Shown: piece after piece, positions 27,201 through 39,400 of the stretch
Position numbering within the stretch: position 1 is the stretch's first letter
Layout of the letters: the number at the start of each line of letters is the position of its first letter
Assembly (NCBI RefSeq): GCF_037042905.1
Contig: NC_087251.1
Coordinates: 37,388,001-37,452,000, forward strand
Direction of reading: 5' to 3'
Length of the DNA: 64,000 nt
Origin: Lytechinus pictus
Taxonomy: Eukaryota
The notes under the pieces: model-generated
What the model saw: only the letters and a program-made list of their open reading frames with translations
Database searches by the model: none
What the model was told of the DNA's origin: nothing
Translations under genes and position numbers: made by a program

Positions 27201-30200
27201 CTGCATAAAAGAATACATCATTGTGAGGAAAACTTTTGATTAAAAAAATTTTATACCAAGAAGGAGAAACACATATTTTTACATTTTTGTTGGGTCCAAA
27301 TTCCAAACTCTTCAAATTCAATTATTTCGAATTTCTCTCCTTAGATTTTAGATCGCATTGCACACAAAATATGAGATATACTCTCTTATTTTAATTGACA
27401 GTTGATTAGTATTTTAGGAATTAATACCTGCTCAGTAATTGTCAGATTTAATAAGGCATGGATAATAAGAGATGGATGAGCAGCTTGCATTCTTGTGCTA
27501 ATTAATTAGGCCTACTTCTAAGTTTCAAGTTTTTATTAATTTCATATTTTTGTTTCCCATATTTCATATTTTCATACATTTCCTAATAATAGTGTAAATA
27601 AAGTGAATTTGAAATCACTTCCAGTTCCATCTGTGTTTATGGTTTCACAGGTGATATTAAAAGTCCGAGTGCATTTTGATCCAGACCAGTACTGATGCTA
27701 CCTTTGGCTTTTTTTATCAGCCTGGTGTCTGGGATTATCCTGCTAATGATTAATAATCATTCACTTCTAAAGTTAAAAGTTTTATATTTTAATTATTATT
27801 ATTGCCTTTTCCTAATAATTTGAATGAAATGAATTAGCAATCCATTATTTTTGTTTTATAGCCTTTTTTTCTTCCTGTAACCAAGCACTTCACAATTTTC
27901 TATACTAGATATATACATTTTGACGACTCAACAGTGAAAACCACTTGAGCAATTAAAGGTCAAGTCCACTCCAGGAAAATGCTGACTTGAATAAGTAGAG
28001 AAAAATCAAACTAGCAGAGTGCAAAAAATTTCATCAAAATTGGATGTAAAATAAGAAAGTTATGACATTTTAAAGTTTCGCTTATTTTTCACAAAACGGT
28101 GATATGCACAATTAGGTGAGTCAGTCGATGATGTCCATCACTCACTATTTCTTTTGTTTTTTATTGTTTGAATTATACAATATTTCATTTTTTAGAGATT
28201 TGACAATAAGGACCAATTTGACTGAACCATATAGTATTAAACAATGCTTATTCCACATGTTCAGGGTGGAATTAATCGTTGTATCACTTGTTAATGAGGA
28301 GAAAATTAGAATATTTCATATTTCATATAATAAAATACAAAAGAAATAGTGAGTGGATGACATGATAGTCTCCTCATTTGCATACCAGCCAGGATGTGCA
28401 TATAACTGTTTTGTGAAATTAAGCGAAACTTTAAAATGTCATAACTTTCTTATTTTACATCCTATTTTGATGAAATTTTCAGTGTTATGCTTGTTGGATT
28501 TTTCTCTTTTTATTCAAATCAACTTTTTGTTGGGGTGGACTTGTCCTTTAAAACACTCAATTTGAAATCAATTATGATTTCATCCCCATTGTCCTCCCAG
28601 GTGATATTAAAAGTCCGAGTGCGGTTCGATCCCGACCAGTACCGGCGCTACAAGTGGCGCCTTCGACTGGCCATAATCATCCTGCCCCTGGTGTTTACCA
28701 TGATCAACCTGGTCTCCGGGATCCTGATCCGGGAGCTCACGAGCCAGGAGGCCAAACACGACACCCTTACCACCAGGGTCATCCTCAACGAGGGACTCTT
28801 CCTCCTTGCCGCCGTCTGGCTGTCCGTCTGCATCTGGAAGATAACGCACATGACGTCAGCCAACGTGCTTCTCGAGGCAAGGGTAAGTGTAGTCTCGGTT
28901 TAGTCTGCAGGCACAGACCCTGATTGAAACTTTGATCAACAAGTGGGTGTCCACACAAAGACTAGCACCTTTAAAACTGAGAGGGCCTTCAGTACACAAG
29001 GCATTATAGACTGCTCATTCAGACCTTTAACTCGAGGGGGGGTTGCGCAGCAGACTAGTCTGGGTTACTGAAGAGTTTGTTTCTCTTTGATTCATAGGTA
29101 AAAAAATATTTTTCATTTTCGGGGACTGCTTTTCACAGTCTATTGCGTAAATCTGTATTATCATTTTTAATTTGAATTTACACCTTTTCAATGGTGGCAC
29201 TCACACACAGAGTATGTGCCATGTGGTGCAATCATAGTGATAAAAACAATACAACATACAATAAAAAGGACATAAAAAGGCATTATAAATAAAAGTTTAT
29301 ACATGTATATCTTAAAGTAAACATTAATAGGATCTGCAAATACAATGAGACGCATGTCCCTAGTACACTCCACATTTCAAGCATCCCAAACAATCCGGAC
29401 TGACTGCTAATAGCGGCCAGCCGAATGTCGTATTCATTTTCAAAACCTTAGCAATTTTTAGTTCCCAAAGTATTCAAATTCAAGCCCAAAAGCTCCGTAT
29501 TTGAATCCATAAAGTCTAAATCCGAACCCAGCATCCAGCCGGCCACTCCCACAGCTGACCCGGGTCTATTCCAGATCCATGAAACCTTGGATAAGCTTTA
29601 TAAAGCAATGCAGTGTATGGGATTTTCCAGGGTGCTTTTTTTTCATATTTCAGGTGGGTGTTTCATAAAGCTGTTCTTAAGTTAAGAGCGACTTTAAGAA
29701 CGACTGGTGATCCGTACTAGTGCTAAATGATAATCACTATTAAATGTTCATTGGTGATTAATTAAGCACGTAAGAAAAGTTCACCAGTCGTTCTTAAAGT
29801 TGCTCTTAACTTACGAACAGCTTTATAAAACGGCCCCCAGGGCTCTATTGAGTGTTTCAAGGGTGAAATCCTTCGAGCCCCCATTCAATTTTTTTTACCT
29901 GCTTGAGTTTACTATGCCACAGCCTCTTTGAACAGTGCTCTCTCAAGACATCTAGTCCCTAACATTGACCCTGCGTCCTCAATATCCTGTATGTAATATC
30001 TGTAGTCTCATATATTAAATACAATAATCAATACCCCTTTCTAATCTATACAACATCCATACCACAAGAAATGCATTTTTTTTTAATGTTGAGACATTCA
30101 TGTTTTAAATAGACCATTAGATTTTTCAAAAATATTTATGCTTGTTTAAAGGTCAAGTCCATCCCAGAAAATTGTTGATTTGAATAAATAGAGAAAAATC

Positions 30201-33200
30201 AAACTAGCATAACGCTGAAAATTTCATCAAAATCGGATATAAAATAAGAAAGTTATGGCAGTTTAAAGTTTTGCTTATTTTTCACGAAACAGTGATATGC
30301 ACAACTCAGTGTCATGCAGATGAGTCAGTCGATGATGTGTCCCTCACTCACTATTTCTTTTGTTTTTTATTGTTTGAATTATACAATATTTCATTTTTTA
30401 CATATTTGACAATGAGGTCCAACTTGACTCGACCATATAGTGTTAAACAATGCCAATTCCACATGTTCAGGGAGGAAATAATCGTTGTTTCACTTGACAA
30501 TGAGGAGAAAATTAGAATATTTCATATTTCATATAATAAAATACAATAGAAATAGTGAGTGGATGACGTCATCAGTCTCCTCATTTGCATATCGACCAGG
30601 ATGTACATATAACTGTTTTGTGAAATTAAGCGAAACTTTAAAATGTCATAACTTTCTTATTTTACATCCGATTTTGATAAAATTTTCAGTGTTATGCTAT
30701 TTGGATTTTTCCCTTTTTATTCAAATCAACTTTTGTTGGGGCGGACTTGTCCTTTAATGATTTCATTTCATTTTATTTATTGCCATTTCCAGCATTCACA
30801 TTTCTCTTTGTACAATACATGTAAAGCAATGAAACATAGCATATTTCTATGTACAGAAATTATAGGTACGATTATCATATCAGGTTCGAAATTGAGGAGG
30901 CTGCTAAAAAGCTGAACTTGTAAGGTGCAGCCTCCTAATAACAATATTCTTGTAAATATAGACAAAAAAACTCACACAAAATGACAACTGGAGCATAAAA
31001 CCAGTTAAAAGTAAAAATTGGGGGGGGGAAGATGAAAATAGAAAATATAGATGATGAAATAGATAGAGAAATAACGATGAGAAGTGTATCTAGACTATCC
31101 TAACGACTTAGTTAAGCCTATGGCAGGATATTCACAGTTCTCTGAGTTAAATGGCTCTTTAATGTTGTCCTTGCACTTGGTTCATTCAGAATTATGTGTT
31201 GTTTGTTAATTTCTTAAATAAAGTTTGCCCAAGCATGGCATGGCAAAAGTCTTTCAACAAACTTAAAAAAAGGAAAGGTTAAAAAAAAATCCTGGCTTGA
31301 AAAGCACCTTTTCACCCAAAGTTCCATAATTATTAGAACCATTTTTTTATAACTTTGTACTAAAACTTAAAGAAGTTGTTACAAGACAATTCCAAGACAC
31401 ACATTTGCAGACATAGATTACAGAAATCTTATCTTTTTCAAATCCTTGAATTAGTAACAAACTACCTCTTTTGTAATAATTTCTCATTAAAATTCAATAT
31501 TTGATATAAAAGGGCGTACCTAGTGAGCTTTATCCTGCTTAACATTTTAATGCTGTATTATGCTGTCCAGACTGAAACGTAAATCTGTTTTAAAAACTTT
31601 TAGCAGAAGCCATGGGGATTTAAAATATCTTCACTGTGATCTTGCTAATATCTTGTCTACAATCGGGGGAGGGGTGTTTTTCATGAAGTATCTTTTTGGA
31701 GATTTTGATTGACTTGAGCCAATTAGATGCAAGGATTTCAGTAGCTTACAACAAAAAGTCAGTCGAAAAAATAATTGACTATTTGCTGAAATGCTCCCAG
31801 GTTATGAGGCTAATATTGACCTTTACAAGAGACAATCATTTGAAGTTATGAGTAACATGTATGAAAATGTAAGATGAAATAAGAACAAGCTCAATTATAT
31901 AATACAATCTTTCATGCTCTAGAAATATCAATATTTCAGACAATATTGTTCAAGTCCATGAATTATATGGATGCATTGCTGCTTAGATTACAGATTTCTG
32001 AATTTTAAAAGTCCCATTGTTTCTGCGTGAGCATAGATGTCAAGGAGAAATTTTGACCAATGTACAAATATAATATAAAGGTAAATGTAAAAAGTCATCT
32101 ACATGTGTGTAATGGTCATTGACTTAATAATATTTGTAGGGTACTGTATAAAGGTAATAGCATGCAGGTGAGCTGAACTATTAAATTGTATAACAATATA
32201 AACATATTTTGTAAAGAAGATTTTGAACAAATGGCAAAGGTGCTATATGCATGAAAAATGCTATTAAATATGTGGGATATATTGTAAGAACAATTTAGAT
32301 GAAATTATATTCAAATTTCCACTAAAAACTCGGGCAAGTTACAACGTTGAGCCCATATACATGCAAATGTTATTATAGTTGATGGCTTTATGAATACTTT
32401 TTAAAAACTCAAAGTGCCCCCCAAAAGATGTTAAACAAATCATTGCAAATTTAATCTCATTTTCTACATTTGTACAGGGGACGACAGTTGGTCAAGCCTG
32501 TGTTGCCTGTGTAGTTATTATCCTGCTGTATGTCACCAGAACTGTGTACAATGTCATAGCCGTGTCCTGGGTCCAGTGCCCTTCATTCGGATACGACTGG
32601 ATCAACGTTTCAGATCAGGTACGGAGCTATTCCATAGGTAGTTTTTATTTTTCTTATTTTGAACTGGACTGGATTTGGAGAGAGTCCCTGGGTACAGAAC
32701 ATGCTAACCTTTAATTAACATAACCCATGGGCCTTATTACTCAAACCTCTCCGACTCAATCCAGGTTGGAATAAGAAAATATTGTGAGTGACACAAATCA
32801 CTTTTTTTTTGTTTTCCAACCGAACATGCTGTAAGACAGCATATGAGTAGATTCATTTGTACTTGCATAGAAAACGGGCTGCTCATGGAATAAACTAGTT
32901 ACCATCTGTTGCAACTCCGGGATATTTTGCAAAGATTAAGTGCGATTTAGTGTCCCACTTAAGTTTCAGTTGCGTGCAGTATGTAATGTTTCCCCGCATT
33001 GGTCAGATCATGCACACATGTTCCATCAATCAGATACGCGTTAAATAAAGTGTGTGCGTTGGAGTTTAAGCATGACTACAGTAGTGATACACCCCCAGCT
33101 CTTCAAAGCTTCTTGATAATAATCCGGGATAATAATATATGCCAAATTCCTTTTAAATATCCACAGACATCTGCAAATAATGTGAGTTCATGTTGAGATC

Positions 33201-36200
33201 AGTGTGAGCAGACAATATTATATTAAACTTGTGTGCAGACTAACTGCTTTAGAAGGATAAAGTGACAAATATATACACCCCAAATAACCTGATTAGACTC
33301 ATGTAAAAAAAAAATCTGGAAAAAGGCTGATATTAATTGTATGCATAAATTATCTCTATTTTTAAAGAAATCCCTCTGAAGCTTGTAATTTTTCCCTGAA
33401 ATCATCATTTTCAGTGAACTTAAAAGATTCAGGTCACAACATCTAAGTATAAAACCAGACTTTTAAATACCATTACCAATTATACCAGATAAACATTGTT
33501 TTGTTCATGTCAGAAATAGCATTTCATCCATTTTTTATGAGAACATTATTCCTTGATATAATAAGAGCAATACTGAGCAAAATCTTGGAAATGGGTATGA
33601 GCATTGGATATCAATTTATGTATTACACTATGTCAACTGACTAGTCAAATTGAAGTTTATTTAAATTTGTTCATGATATGAAATATCAAAGGAACATCCA
33701 TATACAGTCTTTGTAACTCATATGCAGTATGATGCATGCTTTTTTCAAACTTAAGTTGATCGTTCATTTTATCCAATATTGGTGTTACCGGGGTGCCTCA
33801 TTTTTGCTGTATTGCCTCTTCTAAAAGCATAAATTGCGTTTGTAGTGGCCCTGCTCATTGTTTTGTATATCTTTGTGAAATGTAAATGATTTTGATTTTG
33901 ATTTTCAATATTGCCAAATGAATTCCAATTCAAATCAATTTCATTATGACTTGATATGTTTTATTTTGCTGAACAGGCCGACCTAATTCAGCTAAAAGGA
34001 AACCACTTTCTGGCATTTGGCGTCGTCCTCTTTGTATGGGAGTTCCTACCTACATTCATCCTCGTGGTTTTCTTTCGTGTCAAAAGATTTGCTTCAACCG
34101 TGGTAAGTTGACGTCCAATCTTCCATTTTAAATTTTAGGTGGATTGCCTTGATGATTGACCGAAATCCATTAGGTAATCCAATCCAAGCTCCTAAGACGA
34201 TATTAGATAGAGTCATCTTTATGCATTAAAAATAATCCTAAAGCAATAGTGATTGAATAGGTTTGTAGCCACTTGGTCCACTAGCAGATGGTGTAATTCT
34301 CGGATTGCCTAACACCAGCATGGCTTTATGCAAGTCCACTTGGTATGCCATCAATCTGGTCTCAATACTGTTTGGTCCAACTATCACTTGATCTAATGAT
34401 CATTTGGTCTAACCATCATTTAGTCTAATGTCCATGCGGTCTAATTTTCTCTTAATCTGCTTATTATTTTACACTTTTTCATATGAAATTTTGGTTAAAA
34501 AACAGTTCATCTAACCATGTAGATTAACTGGTGTTTGACCAATAGACGAAAAGGGGGGAACCTAACTGGAAATTAGACCAAGTGGCAAATGGGCCAAATG
34601 GCAATTAGACCAAATGGTTAGTAGGTGAACTGATTGTGGACAAACTAGGATGAGATCATATGGGATGAAACCAAACAGAGGGTAGCCTATAAGGGTGTAA
34701 AGTTTGCAGACCAAGTAGAAGTTAACCATTACATATTGCAGTCCATTTTGCCGTTGTACATCAATTTACAGTGATGATGATTGAAAGGAAGGCAAAATCA
34801 TGGGGTAAGTGTAAGGTACATGTAATTATTTTGTGTGTGTAGTATATATATCCAGTGTACTCTCTACTATTCAACTGATATGCACTTGTCTTAACTCGTG
34901 ATTTCAAAGGGTATTTCAAGTCAGTTTATTCTTTACGCTTTTTGATACATGACTTGAAATAAATTGAATTTACTGAACATCATTGATACACAATCAATAT
35001 TTTGTTTACATGACATAAATCTAGTTACAATTACAAAAAGGAAAATAATATTTTATTTAAATACGTTATTTTTTTAGTTAGATTTTGTTTTAATATTTCA
35101 AATGACTGTTCTCTACCATTTACCAATGTTATATCTTTACTTTTATTCATCTTATATAGCAAATTGTTCCGGAAGTGAAATCCGGAAGCAAGACGCCATC
35201 AAAAGCATATTTCTTTGACAATCCAAACCGTTATAATAGTGATGATGATCTGACCAGAACCGTTAGTACTACAGATATGAGGCAGTAAGTGTTCATACCC
35301 CAGTTACACAAAGCGTAGATATTGATCATTGGGCTGAGAATATGATTCATTTCATTCAGCATTATATGCAATCAATGATAGAGATCTACTTCATGATTAA
35401 TTGCTAAGCTTTGGGTTACATGGGCCTGATGTGGCAAATACTTTAATTTCATTTTGGATGGAGGTGCACCCGTCATCAAAATTCCTTATTTTCATTTTAA
35501 AAGGGCATTTTGAGCAAGAATCAAATTTAGTGATTGGATATATATAGATATCAGAATACTACACACAAATGTTATAACCCAAAATCTCTTGTCTATTCCA
35601 TGCTTGAGAAGTGCTTCAATGTAAAAATCTCATAAATAGGAAGAAAAAAAAACCGGGGGCCCGTTTCATAAAGGACTTGCAACTGTTGTAACTTTGCCAT
35701 CATGGCAACTACCATGGTAACAGGGCTCAGCAGCCAATCATAATCAAGGTTCCATGGTGGTTGCCATAATGGTAAAGTTACAACGGTTGTAAGTCCTCAA
35801 TGAAACTGGCCCCAGATGTTTTGGGGTTTTTTTATCAGGCACTTGATCAAATTATTTTGCAAAATTTTATCCAGTAAAACACATATTTATTTCATGTCCT
35901 CCACATCACAACTGTTTCAGGGAATACATATTCCTCTATAGTAATGTATTGGAATGGTGACTTGCAATTTTAGGGGATTTACCATGATCTTTGTAGGTTG
36001 GTGTTCTCTTCAATCATGACATTCCAGCCAAAGTTGGTGTCATTGATTCCACTTCCTTTAAAAACACTCATGTTTATTTTGTTTCAACTCTTTCCTGTTT
36101 TTGTGAATCATCAAAATAAATTAGAGAATATGGAGGTTTGTTGATGTAATTTTATACCATGAGTTATTTTGTCTAAGTTGGTAGTTTTGGACATACATGT

Positions 36201-37269
36201 ACATATGAACATATATGAGCTTGCAAGTAACTTGTAAGTTATTCTCTTGCAGTGTTGCAAACAGTGGCATAGGTATTTGTTTTTTTTTTGTATAATGTCA
36301 AATTTGAAATGCTTCATATCTAGATGAATTGGAAATGTAAGAGTTTTTTCTAGTTCTAGGATTAAACTTTGAAATTATGATGTGCTTCCAGCCAGTGATA
36401 AAAGCAAGTTATTTGGAAAGTATTTTTACCAGAGTTGCTCATGGAGTAAAATTTCACATGGCTGTCAGCTATTTTCCTCCCCGTCCCACTAGGAATCCTC
36501 CCAATTCCAAGTATTTGAAGTTCAAAGTTCACCTAAGGGGGTTAGAGGTCAAATTGCATCAGATGTCACATTACATCAAATGTCACAAATTATCCACAAG
36601 AATAATTACACATTATTGAATAGGGATAGACCATTATAATGTCTCTTACCTTGGTTTATTCCTTATTTTCAAAGCATGAACTTTTCATAGCAGTCCAATG
36701 AAATTATACTCATTTTCACATACTTTGAAGTAAAATATTTTCATGTAAATAAGACCTTTTTGTTTTGATATTTTATAATTTTGAGTTGAATCCTTGGAAC
36801 TTCCAAGGATTCAACACAAAAATTATAAAATATCAAAACAAATAGGTCTTATGTGGAAATGAGTATAATGTCATGGTTTGAAAAAAATTAGTACTTCCAA
36901 GTTGGAAGTACTAATTTTTTTCAAACAATGACATACTCATTTCCACATATTTTGAGTAAACCATTTATATCAAATCTTTAATTGTCTGTTGACATTGAAA
37001 TTTGTTTTGATATTTTATAATTCAAGTTGGATTATTGGAAGTACTAGTTTTTTTTGTTCGTTTTTATCCTTTATTAAAGTAATTCACTGAATGACATCCC
37101 ATCGTTGTTAAACACGCCGCAGAGTATGCCTCAGGTTGGGTATGGCGCCCTCTTTAAAAGCAGCAGTTATTCAGGTCAACATCATCCGCTTCCTGGCACC
37201 ACACCGCCCCTCTTATTCTCTGGCAATGCATCATTATCAGGTGGCCATAGTAGTCAGATCTATGACTGA
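20859..37269 (+). CDS. GPR137B: GPR137/GPR137B (TM7SF1)-family lysosomal integral membrane protein, complete 6-exon CDS, about 408 aa
   Basis: Exons 20859-21221, 28601-28882, 32478-32618, 33977-34102, 35160-35284 and 37080-37269. All introns are GT-AG and phase-compatible. Family motifs: [77 protein letters not shown]. Probably a single invertebrate pro-ortholog of GPR137/B/C (inference). Confidence 0.93.
21397..22242 (-). mobile_element. Older, reverse-oriented copy of the CCCGGGGGGCCACTT-terminal MITE family
   Basis: Degenerate TIRs; TSD CCTTGGAC/CCTTAGAC (7/8); interior 21985-22030 is the reverse complement of the interior of the 23277 and 41604 copies. Confidence 0.7.
23277..23835 (+). 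mobile_element. MITE with about 43-bp TIR (CCCGGGGGGCCACTT...) and 8-bp TSD
   Basis: Near-perfect TIRs; exact TSD ACCCTTTA at 23269-23276 and 23836-23843. Confidence 0.9.
24586..25525 (-). mobile_element. 5'-truncated LINE (CR1/L2-group) 3' end: RT C-terminus, 3'UTR and tail
   Basis: SLIVPYLNYGVLAWG...QKRAIRSIC...HNYNTR...GPRFWNALD...FKRKLKSYLL is a classic CR1/L2-group ORF2 C-terminus. It ends with AATAAA and an (ATGAACTT)n tail at about 24586-24610. Confidence 0.88.
27651..27742 (+). pseudogene. Degenerate duplicate (pseudo-exon) of GPR137 coding exon 2
   Basis: ggtttcacag|GTGATATTAAAAGTCCGAGTGCATTTTGATCCAGACCAGTACTGA reads VILKVRVHFDPDQY*, versus VILKVRVRFDPDQYR in the real exon. A later patch atcagcctggtgtctgggat matches atcaacctggtctccgggat. 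Confidence 0.85.
27957..28547 (+). mobile_element. Kolobok-type non-autonomous element (TTAA TSD)
   Basis: TTAA|AGGTCAAGTCCAC...GTGGACTTGTCCT|TTAA. RR...YY termini with a TTAA TSD fit Kolobok rather than piggyBac. Confidence 0.82.
28601..28882 (+). CDS. GPR137B: GPR137-family coding exon 2 (94 codons)
   Basis: Acceptor tcctcccag|GTG; VILKVRVRFDPDQYRRYK...MTSANVLLEAR; donor AGG|GTAAGT. Confidence 0.92.
29654..29837. mobile_element. PIF/Harbinger-type palindromic MITE
   Basis: Long imperfect TIRs (GTTTCATAAAGCTGTTC...TAAGAACGACTGGTGA) and 3-bp TSD CAG. Degenerate relatives at about 46170-46350 and 57165-57305. Confidence 0.75.
30150..30753 (+). mobile_element. Second copy of the Kolobok-type element
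   Basis: TTAA|AGGTCAAGTCC...GGACTTGTCCT|TTAA; colinear and highly similar to 27957-28547. Confidence 0.82.
32478..32618 (+). CDS. GPR137B: GPR137-family coding exon 3 (47 codons)
   Basis: tgtacag|GGG; [56 protein letters not shown]. Confidence 0.92.
33977..34102 (+). CDS. GPR137B: GPR137-family coding exon 4 (42 codons, TM7)
   Basis: gaacag|GCC; [51 protein letters not shown]. Confidence 0.92.
35160..35284 (+). CDS. GPR137B: GPR137-family coding exon 5
   Basis: ttatatag|CAA; [41 protein letters not shown]; phase-2 donor CA|GTAAGT. Confidence 0.9.
35656..35812. mobile_element. PIF/Harbinger-type MITE
   Basis: GGGGCCCGTTTCAT...ATGAAACTGGCCC, palindromic with an internal CAGCCAATCA. A related reverse copy lies at about 43570-43682. 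Confidence 0.7.
36749..36948. repeat. Two back-to-back near-perfect hairpins (about 50-bp arms, 1-nt loops)
   Basis: 36749-36799 pairs with 36801-36852, centred on TTGGAA-C-TTCCAA. 36851-36900 pairs with 36902-36948, centred on TTCCAA-G-TTGGAA. Confidence 0.9.
37080..37269 (+). CDS. GPR137B: GPR137-family terminal coding exon 6
   Basis: Pyrimidine tract and ttaaag|T completes the phase-2 codon; NSLNDIPSLLNTPQSMPQVGYGALFKSSSYSGQHHPLPGTTPPLLFSGNASLSGGHSSQIYD then TGA at 37267-37269. Confidence 0.78.
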
Positions 37270-38763
37270 CACAGAAAGACACATGTGGGACTGAAGTGAA
37301 GGGCTTGCGGGACACCACAAAGGTATTTTGGACAATGTTAGGAGATATGTATCTATGCTAATTTATGACATTTGAATATTTTTGATGATGTAATATGAAA
37401 CTATTTATGAACAAAATATGACATATCATTGGCTCCACAGTACAATACAACTGAAGTGTAAATTAAATGATGAATTGAATTGAATGTAAATTTAGAATTT
37501 GGAATTTGAACACAAATGAAACATCGTCTGTAAATTTGCCAAGATGATGTGTTCATTAGATGTAATGATAATTTTCCATCTGTCTTGTAGAAAGCCAATA
37601 TTTATCCATTCCTAAGTTTATTTTCATGTTTTTTTGTGTATCAACTGGTAATATTTTATTTGAGAAAATTTTCAGCACTTAAATGTGAATAAAACACTGG
37701 AATCTGATAATCAGAATTTTTGAACGACACCTGAAGGGACTTTCATAATTGGTCATGGACCGTTGAGACAATCTGGTTATAATTTATCTTTTGTATATGA
37801 TCGCAAGTCGCTAATAATCGCACAACCAATTGTGAAAATCCCTTTCCCATTTGCACTGGCAAAATCACAGTGATATTAAGCCTAGCTTCTAGTTGGACAC
37901 CCAAAATACATTGTGCATTTTCACTTCCATATTGATTTATCATATTGTTTGTCTTAATATCGTTGTTTAATTTTTGTGTTGATAATTCTGTTGCCAAAGA
38001 GTAAATTACTGTTTATTAATGTGTGTAATCAGACTTCAAAAGTCAATAAATTATATTCTAAATCTTTGAGATTGCTGCATATAATAAAGCAAATAAAATG
38101 ATTGTGCATTATTGCTGCTTGTTAATCGAATAGCGGCTGGGGGTCCTGTTGCATGAAGCTTTGTGATCAATTGTGGGGCTGATTTATGCAATTGATCATG
38201 CACAATCAATCATAGAAATCACCTCTGCAATCGATTGCTCATCTCTATGTTACAGGACCCAGGTCATTAGGGAGTTTTCGCTCTGTGACATATGGAGTAT
38301 TCAAGAACACAGTGAATGTATTGAAAATGCCCGTCAAATGACAAAGAACAGCTGAGAGGTCTTTGTCGAAAATTGGTGAAATGGGAGAGCAGTTTCGTCC
38401 TAAGATTTTGGGCTGACAAAAAAATAGCAAATATCATTTTTCCAGAGTAAAAGACTGAACTGCTGTTACGATTCACCAATTATCGACAAAGACTTGGTTG
38501 TTCTTTGTCATGAAGGGCATTTTACAATACATTTTCTATGTTCTTGAATCCTCTGCACGTTGCTGTGCGAAAACTCCCTGTTGATGGTAGAAGTACCATC
38601 TGAACAATTTCATGCTTTGGTTACACCAATGAAACTGACTCCAAGCAGACAGATGTTATACATTGGTAATAATATAATAGCTTTGTTGGAACTTGAGCCA
38701 GTTTCGTTGATGTGACTGGGTCACAATGTCATGCTGCCTTGTGGAGGATAGTTAGGAGCTTTA

Positions 38764-39400
38764 GGCCTATATTCTGAAGTCAGGTTTAACTGAGACCATG
38801 GTCTAACTCTGTGCTAAACTAATTATGGGAAGCCAAACAAATAAAAAAATTTTTTATATTTATGCTTCTAACATGTCTAATGATCATTATGCCCTTTCCT
38901 AATTCCTTAATAGTAAGGGCAACTATCTTATTTATCCTTCCCAGACAGTTAAGAATGATGTAAGAGTCAAATGATTCATTGAACCTCTACTGTTAGAGAT
39001 TTATGTCACAATTGGCTGTCCATAGTTAAACCACAACTTTAGACCAGAGTGTAAATCCAACCCGACTTCAGAATATGGGCCATGGAGTTCTTATCTGTAA
39101 AGTCTGGTTTAACTGAGGCCATGGTGGTCTAACTCCAGGTTAAGATTATGGGAAGCCAAGCATTCAAAATTGCATTTGCATTATAATGTTTTCCATCTTT
39201 ACCTGGCTCTTTTCTCTCGTTTTAATGATGAAGAGGTCTATATCAGCAATTATTCCCAGTCAGTCAATAATAATTTGAGTGTCAAATGAGCAAACAACTT
39301 GAAGTTGTACTGTTAGAGATACCTGTCACAACTGGCTATCCATAGTTAAACCAGAACTTTAGACCAAAGTTTAATTAAACCGGAGTTCAGAATATAGACC
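38764..39400. mobile_element. Two adjacent copies of a roughly 318-bp MITE
   Basis: GGCCTATATTCTGAAGTC...GACTTCAGAATATGGGCC (38764-39081) is followed directly by a diverged copy (about 39085-39400). Confidence 0.72.

Noticed and set aside
28116..30915. Duplicated short ORFs such as YFFCFLLFELYNISFF and KCHNFLILHPIL
   Set aside because: Chance frames within the two Kolobok-type MITE copies
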